DNA from: an uncultured Verrucomicrobiota bacterium
Lineage (GTDB): Bacteria > Verrucomicrobiota > Kiritimatiellia > CAJWTS01
Length of the DNA: 64,000 nt
Assembly: GCA_913047795.1 (NCBI GenBank)
Contig: CAJWTS010000001.1
Coordinates: 22,866-86,865 of the forward strand
Reading direction: 5' to 3'
Both the position numbers and the translations under genes were made by a program. A model generated the notes under the pieces. The model was given only the letters and a program-made list of their open reading frames with translations, ran no database searches and was not told the DNA's origin. The first letter of the stretch is position 1; every line of letters starts with the position of its first letter. Shown here in pieces: positions 36,783 through 47,242 of this stretch.

Positions 36783-38732
36783 TCATACAAACCCGCCACG
36801 GTCGACTTCAAGCAACTCCGGAGGGATCTCCTCGACAAATCGCGACGGCAGGCAATACATGACACCGCCATCCTGCATGCGGCGCACTTCGGGCGAACAG
36901 ATACACAATTCGTCCTTGGCACGCGTAATTGCCACGTAGAAGAGCCGGCGCTCTTCGGCCTCACCTCCGGGCGACTCGTTCATCGAGCGACTGGAAGGAA
37001 ACAGGCCGTCCGCCGCCCAGAGAATGATGACCACCGGCCACTCCAGCCCCTTCGCCTGGTGAACGGTGCTCAGGCGTAGTTGATCGCCATCGGCCGCGGC
37101 GTCGGTCTCCGCCTCCGCCTCCGCATCGAGATTGGTCAATAACGCCACGTCATTAAGGAACGACGCGGCGGTCTCGAAGCGCTGCATGAAAATCGTGAGT
37201 TCGTTGATATCATCGAGGCGTTGGCGGTAGTCTTCGAATGCATCGAACGCGTAACGCTCATAATAAGCGGCTACGAATTCGTGGATGACATCCCCGGGAT
37301 CGTGCTCCACGGTTTCGAAGACGCGGGCGATGTCCTGCCAGGCGGCCCGTGCCGCGGCGGGCAAGGCTTCCGCCAGTCGCGCGCGTTGTGCGGCATCGAG
37401 CAGGGCGAATGATTCGCCCATGCGGGTCCAGGCTTTCTGTGCGGTGACCTCGCCCACGCCGGGCAGCAATTGCATCACGCGTAGAAAGGCGAGTTCGTCG
37501 TCGGCGCTGACCATGAGGCGAACCAGGCAAAGCACGTCCTTGATGTGCGCCTTCTCGAAGAACCGCACACCGGACATGATGACGTAGGGCACTTGCTCGG
37601 ACGCCAGCTCGTGTTCGAGTTCGATGGCGTGGTAATGCGCGCGGTAGAGTACGGCGATGTCGGAGAGGCGGTAGCCTTCGCGCCGAAGCGCGCGGATGCG
37701 CGCCACGACCGACCGCGCCTGCTCCGCGCCATCGCGCATGCGGGCCAGGACGGGCCGGTGGTGCGATTCGCGGGTGGCACGTAGTTCCTTGGGAAACTGG
37801 TCCGGATTGGACGCGATGCAGGCGTTCGCGACCTTGAGTATCTCGGGCGTGCTGCGGTAGTTGGTCTCGAGCTTGTAGATCGCGGCATCCGCATAGCGAT
37901 CGGGAAAGGACATGATGTTTCGAAAGTCGGCGCCGCGCCACGAATAGATGCTCTGGAAGTCGTCACCCACCACGACCACGTTGCGGTGGCCGGCGCCGAT
38001 GAGATCGACCCACTGCGCCTGCAGCGGATTGGTGTCCTGGTACTCATCCACCAGCACGTGCTGGAACTGTTGTTGATAGCGGGCCAGGATGTCCGGGTGC
38101 TCTTTATAGAGCCGCAGTCCGTTCAGTAGCAGGTCGTCAAAATCCATCGCACCCAGCCCGCGCTTGCGCGACTCGTAGGCCTCGAGGACGCGCACGACGA
38201 TTTCGGGATCGACGGTGAACTTATCCGTCTCAAGCTGTTCGTAGCGATCCTGGACGACGTCCGCGATGGCGCGTTGCGTATTCTTGGCTTCTCCGACGAG
38301 GCCCATCAGGACCGGTGCCCGCGGGAACTCCTTGGCCTTGAGCTTGAGCGCTTTGATGCTGGCGCGGATCAGCGACAACGAGTCGTCCCGGTCGAGAATC
38401 GCGTAGTCGAGGCGATAACCCAATGCCGTTGCATGCCGCCGCAACATGCGGTTGGCAAGGTGGTGAAAGGTTCCGCCCCACATGCCGCCGACACCGCCGT
38501 GGATCAAGTGTTGCGCTCGATCCAGCATTTCGCGCGCGGCCTTGTTGGTGAAGGTCAGCAACAGGATGCGGTCGGCGTCAATTCCGCGTTCAACCAGGTG
38601 CGCGACGCGATAGACCAGCGTGCGTGTCTTGCCGGTGCCCGCCGCCGCCAGGATTAGGGCCGGCCCGTCGGGAGCCGTCGCGGCCGCGAGTTGCTCCTGG
38701 TTCAGTGCGTCGTCAAATTGGATCGTCGGCAT
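36783..38732 (-). CDS. uvrD: ATP-dependent DNA helicase, UvrD/PcrA/Rep family
   Basis: Q-motif and Walker A AAAGTGKTRTLVYRVAHLV. Motifs II (DEYQDTN), III, V and VI (VAITRAKDEL) are present. Confidence 0.9.
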   Translation of the reverse strand: MPTIQFDDALNQEQLAAATAPDGPALILAAAGTGKTRTLVYRVAHLVERGIDADRILLLTFTNKAAREMLDRAQHLIHGGVGGMWGGTFHHLANRMLRRHATALGYRLDYAILDRDDSLSLIRASIKALKLKAKEFPRAPVLMGLVGEAKNTQRAIADVVQDRYEQLETDKFTVDPEIVVRVLEAYESRKRGLGAMDFDDLLLNGLRLYKEHPDILARYQQQFQHVLVDEYQDTNPLQAQWVDLIGAGHRNVVVVGDDFQSIYSWRGADFRNIMSFPDRYADAAIYKLETNYRSTPEILKVANACIASNPDQFPKELRATRESHHRPVLARMRDGAEQARSVVARIRALRREGYRLSDIAVLYRAHYHAIELEHELASEQVPYVIMSGVRFFEKAHIKDVLCLVRLMVSADDELAFLRVMQLLPGVGEVTAQKAWTRMGESFALLDAAQRARLAEALPAAARAAWQDIARVFETVEHDPGDVIHEFVAAYYERYAFDAFEDYRQRLDDINELTIFMQRFETAASFLNDVALLTNLDAEAEAETDAAADGDQLRLSTVHQAKGLEWPVVIILWAADGLFPSSRSMNESPGGEAEERRLFYVAITRAKDELCICSPEVRRMQDGGVMYCLPSRFVEEIPPELLEVDRGGFV

Positions 38733-38744
38733 TGGTCGCGTGGG

Positions 38745-40277
38745 CTATCCGGTGTGGGCGATCGTTCCGCCCGTGTCATCGTCAGACGCGTGGGCCAGCA
38801 GCCGGTCGCTTTCCTCGCGCAGCCCCTCCAGGCCCAGGTCACGCGGGCCGGCGCCGGCCCGCATCATCGCTTCGACGACGTCCTTCTTGCGAACGTCGTC
38901 GGGTGCTCGCAGCAGGGCGTAGTGATCCTGCTGCCCGGCGATGGCGGCCACGAATCCGGCGGCGACCAACTCGTCGAGCACCTCGTTGAGCAGACGTACC
39001 GGTATCTGGCGCGCCTGTGCGTATTCAGCGGCGTCGAATGCGCCGTTCCGGTCTTGTACCGTGCGGATGGCTTCGGAGATGATCGCCATTGCCAGCAGAA
39101 CGCGCGATTCGGTGCTCGCCCGCCGCGCCGTCTGTTCCATGCGATAGGTCGCGCAATTCTGCACCGCGAACGCGATTTCGGTCCCCAGCAGGATGATCTG
39201 CCAGCTGACCAGGACCCAGAGCAGCAGAATCGGGAGGATCGCGAAACTGCCGTAGACCGCACCCTGACGTGCCACGCCGACCTGTAGCCGGATACAGATC
39301 CAGATCCAGGCGATAAACAGGATCGCGGCGGCGGTGCCGCCGCAGAACGCCGGCGCGAACCGTACGCGCGTATTGGGCATGATCATCATGAAGATCGCGA
39401 ACGATAGCGCGACCAACATCAGCATGGCGATGTGCTTCAGGATGTCGGACTCGAGCACGCTCAAGACGGATCCGGCCACGCCGGCCGGCAGGAATTTGTA
39501 TGCCAGCTCCACCGCGGGCAGCGATGACGAGAGAATGATCAGGATGGGCGTCAGGACAAGCACGCCGAGATAGTCCGTGAACTTTCGAAAGATGTTGCGC
39601 TGCGTGGCCACGCCCCAGACGCGATTGAACGAGAGCTCAACACGGCCCAGGCCGGCGATCACGCTCCATATCAGGAGCACAAGGCCAACGCCGCTCAGGG
39701 CGCCGAAGCTGACGTTGTTGACGTACCCGAAAATCTCGTCGATGACGGCTTCCACTTGCGTGACGATATCCTCCACATCGTTCGCCGCCGGCGGGTCTGC
39801 GTCACCCGCGGCCGGATCAGGGCCCGTCACCAGGCTCTCGGCCGCGTTCGTGATGGCTTGCGCGTCGACGACGAGGGGTGGCGAATTCAAGGCCGTCGCG
39901 TTCGTTTGGGGCGCGGTCGCCTCATCCGTCTCGATCGTATCGACCTGATTGGTTACCGCGGGTGCGTCGAACTGCCGAAGCTGTTCACGGACGAAGGTCC
40001 GGATCTGTTTCTCGACGACTTCCCCGGCCCCGAACCCCTTGGCGATAGATAACGACAGCGCCAGTACCGGCACCAGGGACATCAAGGTGTAGAAGGTCAG
40101 TGCCGATGCGTGCAGGGGACATTGGTCGTCGCGGAAACCGCGCAGAACGAGGTGCACAACGCGGATCGTGCTGACGCCGAACCGGCGCAGGCCTGATAGC
40201 GAACGCAGTTCGACGTCCCAGACGCCTTCCGTGAGAAAGCGCCTGACGCGCGAGACTCTTGACTCATCGTCCGGCAT
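38745..40277 (-). CDS. YihY/BrkB (virulence factor BrkB) family membrane protein
   Basis: LTFYTLMSLVPVLALSLSIA and multiple TM helices are typical of YihY. Start chosen at MPDDESRV (40277). The upstream Arg/Ser/Thr-rich extension was rejected. Confidence 0.75.
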   Translation of the reverse strand: MPDDESRVSRVRRFLTEGVWDVELRSLSGLRRFGVSTIRVVHLVLRGFRDDQCPLHASALTFYTLMSLVPVLALSLSIAKGFGAGEVVEKQIRTFVREQLRQFDAPAVTNQVDTIETDEATAPQTNATALNSPPLVVDAQAITNAAESLVTGPDPAAGDADPPAANDVEDIVTQVEAVIDEIFGYVNNVSFGALSGVGLVLLIWSVIAGLGRVELSFNRVWGVATQRNIFRKFTDYLGVLVLTPILIILSSSLPAVELAYKFLPAGVAGSVLSVLESDILKHIAMLMLVALSFAIFMMIMPNTRVRFAPAFCGGTAAAILFIAWIWICIRLQVGVARQGAVYGSFAILPILLLWVLVSWQIILLGTEIAFAVQNCATYRMEQTARRASTESRVLLAMAIISEAIRTVQDRNGAFDAAEYAQARQIPVRLLNEVLDELVAAGFVAAIAGQQDHYALLRAPDDVRKKDVVEAMMRAGAGPRDLGLEGLREESDRLLAHASDDDTGGTIAHTG

Positions 40278-41274
40278 ACATTTTCTCGTAGTAGGCGACG
40301 TATTCACCGCTACGCGTGTGGGCGACCCAGTCCGGGTTCGCCCGGTACCAGTCGATCGTGTCCTGGATCGCGGCGTCGAAGGTGTGCGCGGGCTGCCAGC
40401 CCAGTTCCTGTTCGATCCGCGAGGAATCGATCGCATAACGACGGTCGTGGCCGGGTCGGTCCGTTACAAAGGTGATCAGGCTTTCAGGCTTATCGAGCAG
40501 CCGCAGGATCGTCTTCACGATCTCGAGGTTTGGAACGTCGTAACTGCCGCCGATGTTGTACACCTCGCCCGCGATGCCATTGCGCATGACGCAGTCGATG
40601 CCCGCACAGTGGTCCTCGACGTAAATCCAGTCGCGAATTTGCATGCCGTCGCCGTACACCGGCAAGTCCTTGTCCTCGAGCGCGTTGGCGATGATCAGCG
40701 GGATCAGTTTTTCGGGGAACTGGTAGGGGCCGAAGTTGTTCGAGCATCGCGTGATGACCGCGTCGAGGCCGTGACAGCGAACCGCCGCGCGGACCAGGCA
40801 GTCGCCGCCCGCCTTGCTTGCCGAATACGGGTTGTTGGGTTGCAGCGGTGTCGTCTCCGTGAAGCGTCCGTCCGGCCCCAGCGTACCGTAGACCTCGTCC
40901 GTGGAGACCTGAACCAGACGTGGCACCGCGTGTTGCTGCACCGCGTCGATCAACGCCTGCGTGCCCGCTACGTTGGTGCTTACAAATGGGCCGGCGTCGA
41001 CCAGGCTGCGGTCGACATGTGTCTCGGCAGCGAAATTTAGAACGGCGTCGAACGGGCTCGCGTCGAAAATCGCATCCAGGTCGGCCCGTGCGGTGATATC
41101 ACCCCGCACGAAGGCATATCGCTTTTCGTCTTCGATGCCGGCCAGGTTCTCGAGGTTGCCGGCATACGTCAGCGCGTCGAAATTGACGATTTCGACGTCG
41201 TCGTAACGCTTCAGCATGAAACGTATGAAATTACTGCCGATGAAACCGGCACCACCTGTTACGAGTAATTTCAT
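40264..41274 (-). CDS. rfbB: dTDP-glucose 4,6-dehydratase
   Basis: MKLLVTGGAGFIGSNF, catalytic YSASKAGGD, and DYVFDG-type blocks of RmlB. Confidence 0.9.
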   Translation of the reverse strand: MKLLVTGGAGFIGSNFIRFMLKRYDDVEIVNFDALTYAGNLENLAGIEDEKRYAFVRGDITARADLDAIFDASPFDAVLNFAAETHVDRSLVDAGPFVSTNVAGTQALIDAVQQHAVPRLVQVSTDEVYGTLGPDGRFTETTPLQPNNPYSASKAGGDCLVRAAVRCHGLDAVITRCSNNFGPYQFPEKLIPLIIANALEDKDLPVYGDGMQIRDWIYVEDHCAGIDCVMRNGIAGEVYNIGGSYDVPNLEIVKTILRLLDKPESLITFVTDRPGHDRRYAIDSSRIEQELGWQPAHTFDAAIQDTIDWYRANPDWVAHTRSGEYVAYYEKMYAGR

Positions 41275-41326
41275 TGCCGTGATCTCCTCATTTTCCGAAT
41301 GTTTGGCTGGTTGCGTTCAGCGCAGG

Positions 41327-42181
41327 TCAGGCATCGATACGACTATGTGCTTCCTCAAGGTAAGCGTCGAGACCCTCGCGCCAGGAGGGTAAACAATGTC
41401 CGGTCAAACTTTCATAAAGGCTCTTATCCAGCACCGCGTTGAGCGGGCGCCGCGCGGGAGTCGGGTACGCGGACGTGGGCACCGCCTCGATCGGCCACTC
41501 CGAACCGGTGCGGGCCGCTATGGCACAGGCCAATTCGTACCATGAACAACTGCCGGATGCCGATGCATGAACCACGCCGGAACATTCCACGGCGATCAGG
41601 TGCTGCAGGGCAACCGCGAGATGTCCGGTATAGGTCGGACAGGTGGATTGATCTTCAATCACACGCACAGCTTCATCCGCCCGGCCGCAGGCCGCCATGA
41701 TGGCGCGCACGAAATGGCGACCGTGGACCCCGAAAAGCGCCTGGGTACGCACCACCGTGGCCGTCGGCAAAGCATCCAAAACCGCTATTTCGCCGTCAAG
41801 CTTGTCGGTGCCGTAAGCGCTCAGCGGGCCGGTCGCATCGTTCTCGCGGTAGGGGCGATCGCTTTCGCCGTCAAACACGTAGTCCGAGCCGATGTGGAAC
41901 ATACGGATGCCCTGCTCTGCGCAACATGCGGCAACCGTACCGGCGCCGGCGACGTTCACGGCCTGCGAGATTTCGCGTTCCGTCTCGGCATCATCGACAC
42001 GGGTGAAGGCGGCACAGTTGATGACGATATCCGCGCCGGCAATCTGCCGGGCGACGGATGCCCTGTCGCGAACGTCGCAGGTCGTCGAGGCCAATGCGCG
42101 CACTTCGATGCCCGCCGCCGCCAGCACGCGCGCCAGATCCCGGCCGAGCATCCCTGTTCCCCCTGGGATCGTGACGATCAT
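41327..42181 (-). CDS. rfbD: dTDP-4-dehydrorhamnose reductase
   Basis: MIVTIPGGTGMLGRDL Rossmann start. INCAAFTRVDDAE and YGTDKLDGE are RmlD-like. Confidence 0.85.
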   Translation of the reverse strand: MIVTIPGGTGMLGRDLARVLAAAGIEVRALASTTCDVRDRASVARQIAGADIVINCAAFTRVDDAETEREISQAVNVAGAGTVAACCAEQGIRMFHIGSDYVFDGESDRPYRENDATGPLSAYGTDKLDGEIAVLDALPTATVVRTQALFGVHGRHFVRAIMAACGRADEAVRVIEDQSTCPTYTGHLAVALQHLIAVECSGVVHASASGSCSWYELACAIAARTGSEWPIEAVPTSAYPTPARRPLNAVLDKSLYESLTGHCLPSWREGLDAYLEEAHSRIDA

Positions 42182-42231
42182 CCTCTCTCCAATTCAAATC
42201 TTGCAAACACGTGTTTTTCAGCTTAGCTTAA

Positions 42232-43608
<1,377 letters not shown>

Positions 43609-43631
43609 GGCGCGGTACCACTGATCGATCC

Positions 43632-43934
43632 ATGAAATTCTGGATCACGATATACCGATTCTCCTGGGGCCTCTTTGTCCTGCTCTGCGCGATCTGCGTC
43701 TTGTGTTTCTTTGTCCCGAAATTGCGTCAGCACGACAAGCTGCAACGCGACAAGGCGGCGAAGGTTGAAGAGATCCACGATACGCAGGCCAAAATTGCCG
43801 AATTGCAGCGTCGCCAGGAACAGTTCAGCACGGATCCCCGTTACGTGGAGCATATCGCTCGCCAGCGCGGTATGGTAAAGGCGAACGAACTGGTCGTGCG
43901 TATCGGCTCGTCGTCTGCAGGAAAATCCCCATGA
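43632..43934 (+). CDS. ftsB: Septum-formation initiator FtsB/DivIC-like protein
   Basis: N-terminal TM helix followed by a coiled coil (KLRQHDKLQRDKAAKVEEIHDTQAKIAELQRRQEQ). It sits directly downstream of eno, which is the widely conserved eno-ftsB arrangement. Confidence 0.6.
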   Translation: MKFWITIYRFSWGLFVLLCAICVLCFFVPKLRQHDKLQRDKAAKVEEIHDTQAKIAELQRRQEQFSTDPRYVEHIARQRGMVKANELVVRIGSSSAGKSP

Positions 43935-44692
43935 ACCGCTCCGCGAGTTTTCGCAGGGTCCGCCGCATGGCGTTCGCGGTCTTGGTGCTGGTCTTCTGCG
44001 CCGGCTGTGTTTCGATCGACCAGACGCTGACGCTCAACGCCGACGGCTCCGCCGATGTCGAATTGCGGTACGAACTCTCCAACGCCCTCAGGGAAAAGTT
44101 TACTCGTGTTTTCGACCTCGCGGACGACCTTGCGGCGGCTTCGGGCAAGGATCCGATGTCGCCGGCGGCACGTCGCGCCGCTTTCCCGTACATTACGGAC
44201 GAAAAAGAGCTGAAGAAGATGTTTACGGCGTACAAGGAATGGGGCGTGCGTGTCAGCACGCTCGAGGTCAATCGCATCGGCAACATGGATAAGGTAACGC
44301 TGGAGTACACGGTCCCCGACCTTCGCGTGCTGGCCAAGACGGCTTTTTTCGCCCAGCAGTCCTTTTCCGTCAATCGAACGCGTGACGGCGATTACGAGTT
44401 CAAGCTGTCGTTGGGTTCACGGTCCGCCGACGCCTTGCCCGACCTGTCGGATCCTAATGTGCAGGATATTCTTCGTCCCATGCTCGAGGGCTTTCGCGTC
44501 GTCTCGACCATAAAGACACCGGGAAAGATTATCTATACGAGTTCGCCACGCGCGACGGCGCGCATGGCCGTCTGGTCCTACGATTTCTCGCAGGATCTCA
44601 ATGCGCTGGCCAATCTCCAGCGCCGTGTGCAGCGGCTGACGATTGCCGGCCGCGGGCTGAACATGCGCGGCCTGTCCTACGAAGCGCCCTGA
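43931..44692 (+). CDS. Hypothetical lipoprotein
   Basis: Lipobox LVLVFCAGC after MNRSASFRRVRRMAFAV. The start overlaps the ftsB stop (ATGA). Confidence 0.5.
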   Translation: MNRSASFRRVRRMAFAVLVLVFCAGCVSIDQTLTLNADGSADVELRYELSNALREKFTRVFDLADDLAAASGKDPMSPAARRAAFPYITDEKELKKMFTAYKEWGVRVSTLEVNRIGNMDKVTLEYTVPDLRVLAKTAFFAQQSFSVNRTRDGDYEFKLSLGSRSADALPDLSDPNVQDILRPMLEGFRVVSTIKTPGKIIYTSSPRATARMAVWSYDFSQDLNALANLQRRVQRLTIAGRGLNMRGLSYEAP

Positions 44693-45285
44693 TCCGGGCG
44701 CTTCAGGATTTCGCCCCACGCTGCGATCGCGGCCGCCAGGGCGCGGCCGCGATGCGAAATGCCGTTCTTTTGCGGCACGCTTAATTCAGCGAATGTCTCG
44801 TCGTGGCCATCCGGCTGGAAGATCGGGTCATAGCCGAACCCTTCCGCGCCGCGCCCTTCGCGGGTGATGATCCCCGGGCAGACGCCATCCACCGTTTGTG
44901 CATCGCCCGCGGGGTTGCTGAGCGCGATGACGCAGCGAAAGCGTGCCTTGCGATCGTCATGGTCCGCCATCTCCGCGAGCAGTTTGCGACAGTTGTCCTC
45001 GTAGGTGACGTCTTCGCCCGCGTAGCGTGCGGAGTAGACGCCCGGCGCGCCGTTCAGCGCGGCGACTTCGAGTCCGGTGTCGTCGGCCAGGGACCAGAGG
45101 CCGGTTTCTCGCGCGAGTGTCGTCGCTTTCTTGATCGCGTTCTCTTCCAGCGTGTCGCCATCCTCGACAACCTCGGGAATGTGCGGAACGTCTGCGGCGG
45201 TCAGGAACTCGAGATCAAGGAAATCGAATGCCGCCCGAATCTCGGTGATTTTGTCGGCATTGTTGCTGGCCAGAAGGAGTTGCAT
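44677..45285 (-). CDS. rdgB: Non-canonical purine NTP pyrophosphatase (dITP/XTP pyrophosphatase, Ham1 family)
   Basis: MQLLLASNNADK...SARYAGE...KARFRCVIAL...GFGYDPIF...HRG motifs of RdgB. The longer upstream ORF extension runs across the tRNA gene and was rejected. Confidence 0.85.
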   Translation of the reverse strand: MQLLLASNNADKITEIRAAFDFLDLEFLTAADVPHIPEVVEDGDTLEENAIKKATTLARETGLWSLADDTGLEVAALNGAPGVYSARYAGEDVTYEDNCRKLLAEMADHDDRKARFRCVIALSNPAGDAQTVDGVCPGIITREGRGAEGFGYDPIFQPDGHDETFAELSVPQKNGISHRGRALAAAIAAWGEILKRPDQGAS

Positions 45286-45427
45286 CGGCGTGGCTAACTG
45301 CTTTGTTGATCTGTCCGGTGTGCGGCGCGTGTGCTTGCACGGACACGGTCGTGGAAACGGGTCAATGGTTCGCGGCTCAAAGTTTGTTGGGCTAGCGTCG
45401 GGTGATGAGGCACCGCGCCGTCGACAC

Positions 45428-45512
45428 ATGCTCGGGGTGGGACTTGAACCCACACAGCCAATAAAGGCCACCAGGCCCTCAACCTGGCGCGTCTGCCATT
45501 CCGCCACCCGAG
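45428..45512 (-). tRNA. tRNA-Leu (anticodon GAG)
   Basis: Reverse complement GCTCGGGTGGCGGAATGGCAGACGCGCCAGGTTGAGGGCCTGGTGGCCTTTATTGGCTGTGTGGGTTCAAGTCCCACCCCGAGCA folds as a class II tRNA. It has a 7-bp acceptor stem, a D-arm matching E. coli tRNA-Leu, the anticodon loop TTGAGGG (anticodon GAG), a long variable arm, and a GTGGG/TTCAAGT/CCCAC T-arm. No CCA is encoded. Confidence 0.85.
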
Positions 45513-45594
45513 CGGTGGTATCGATGAAAACAAGGGTGCACCCCGTTGTGATCCTTCGGAAGCGGCCGTACTGTACGGCCGCCATCGGGCCAGT

Positions 45595-47241
45595 TCAAGG
45601 AATTTCCCGGCCGAGCAGGAACCCGATGTTGGCCTCACTATCGGTCACGTCCAGCGCGACCTTCAGTTCGCCGAGGGGCGCCAGTTGCTCGAGCATGGTG
45701 ACGGATCGTGCCATCACGGTGCGGTCGATCGCGACCCGCGCGCCAAAGACGGAAGCGAACGATGCCAGGGCGGCCATTTGCTTTATTGGCGCGGTCGCGG
45801 TGACGATGTCGAACCAAATCAATGCGGTGCCGGATTGTCCGGACATCGCCTGCCGCCAGCGGCCCGTGCCGGCCGCATCCTCCGCCTCTCCGCGGTCGTA
45901 GCGCGCCAGCAGCTTGCGCAAGGTTTCTGCGTTTGAGCAGAGCAGAAGCCAGCCGTCGCAGACGGCGTAGGCGATCCGTTCGTCCTCGGTCAGGTTGGTA
46001 TAAAAATTTTTGCGCGTTCCTTCCAGTACGTGCATGAAGCGATCACCAACGGGTACGCGGCTGGGTATCAGTCCCCAGCGTCGCGCGGCGTTGAGTTGGT
46101 CGACCGTCGTGCCCATGCCCGCGAGTGCTGTCGCGGCACTGCTGATGCGCGCACCCACGAGCAGCGCCGGCACACGCAGGCCGCGGCCCATCAGCAACGT
46201 GATTCCGCGCCCGATATGCGACCCGTACTCGCCGGCGAAGAAAGAGAGAAACATCTCGTGGCGCGGGCCGTCCAATGCGAGCGTTTTAGGTAGACGCTGC
46301 AGCAGGTGGTTCCATAATTTCGAATCCTCATGGGAGACGGCGACGTCGAGATATGCGTGTGGAAAGAGAACGACGCCTAGCGGCAGATCGCCGAGCAGCC
46401 GGCCTATTGAATCCCAGCGCTTGGGCGATGTATCCAGGCGTGGAACGTCGGGAAGGTCGTGCCGGCCGCGGGCCGACCCACGCAGTTGGCGTGCGTCGGC
46501 CGAGGCGATGGCGAAGCGGTAGGGTCGGGCCACGGATGTGCCGTTGACGTTCCAGCGGATCATGGCCACCCCGCGATCGGCCGCCGCCGCCTTCATCAAT
46601 CCGTCGTCCTCGGCCCAGCGCGACATCCGGCGCCGCTGCATACCCGATCGGACGCGATCCACGATCTCCATATCCACGGAATAACATGCGATCAACGCGC
46701 CATGCGCCAGCGCAAAGGTCAGGCGGCCCCGCGAAGAATCGATATCGTCACCGGTATAGACCCAGGTCGCATGGGAACCCGCTCCGCTGATGCGTTCGAC
46801 ATCGTCGATTAGTCCGAGCGTAAGGAGCCACCGGAGCCGACGTTCGTAGGCGCCGATCCAGGATGCCAGGATGATGGCATCGTCGCCTCGCGCGCCGGCG
46901 TGTGGCACATAGGCCAGGCAGGCGGGTCCGGATGCAAGGCGCTGGACCCAGGCTCCAATCTCGGGATCACCGACCGTTTCTGCCATGTCCTCTTCGCTCA
47001 CGCCGGCGGCGGATAGTGCGGCTCGTACCGCCGGATTCGCCGCGATGTCCGTCCATCGCGCGGACAAGTTTTCGTGTACGGTGACGTAGGTCGCGTTGGC
47101 TGGAATGCCGTAGATCAATCGATGCGAGTTGTCGGGCGTGTAACTGATCCACCACAGGCAGACGAGAATGAACCCGGCCAATATGATGCCGAACACCGTG
47201 CGCCGGCCGCGTGCCGGAGGAGTTTCTTGTGGGACGGCCAT
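45595..47241 (-). CDS. Hypothetical N-terminally anchored membrane protein (548 aa)
   Basis: One N-terminal TM helix (VFGIILAGFILVCLWWI). Composition is protein-like. Abuts the der stop, so it is probably co-transcribed. Confidence 0.5.
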   Translation of the reverse strand: MAVPQETPPARGRRTVFGIILAGFILVCLWWISYTPDNSHRLIYGIPANATYVTVHENLSARWTDIAANPAVRAALSAAGVSEEDMAETVGDPEIGAWVQRLASGPACLAYVPHAGARGDDAIILASWIGAYERRLRWLLTLGLIDDVERISGAGSHATWVYTGDDIDSSRGRLTFALAHGALIACYSVDMEIVDRVRSGMQRRRMSRWAEDDGLMKAAAADRGVAMIRWNVNGTSVARPYRFAIASADARQLRGSARGRHDLPDVPRLDTSPKRWDSIGRLLGDLPLGVVLFPHAYLDVAVSHEDSKLWNHLLQRLPKTLALDGPRHEMFLSFFAGEYGSHIGRGITLLMGRGLRVPALLVGARISSAATALAGMGTTVDQLNAARRWGLIPSRVPVGDRFMHVLEGTRKNFYTNLTEDERIAYAVCDGWLLLCSNAETLRKLLARYDRGEAEDAAGTGRWRQAMSGQSGTALIWFDIVTATAPIKQMAALASFASVFGARVAIDRTVMARSVTMLEQLAPLGELKVALDVTDSEANIGFLLGREIP

Positions 47242-47242
47242 G

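Noticed and set aside
44677-45585. Full-length 302-aa ORF for rdgB, including the upstream extension
   Set aside because: The extension runs across a well-formed tRNA-Leu gene. The true start is at 45285.
45286-45594. Possible integrated element at the tRNA-Leu gene
   Set aside because: Both flanks are housekeeping (rdgB; a hypothetical gene followed by der and gltX). No integrase, no direct repeat of the tRNA 3' end, and no compositional shift.
45077-45901. 274-aa plus-strand ORF overlapping rdgB and the tRNA
   Set aside because: Ser/Ala/Arg-rich shadow ORF on the opposite strand of real features.
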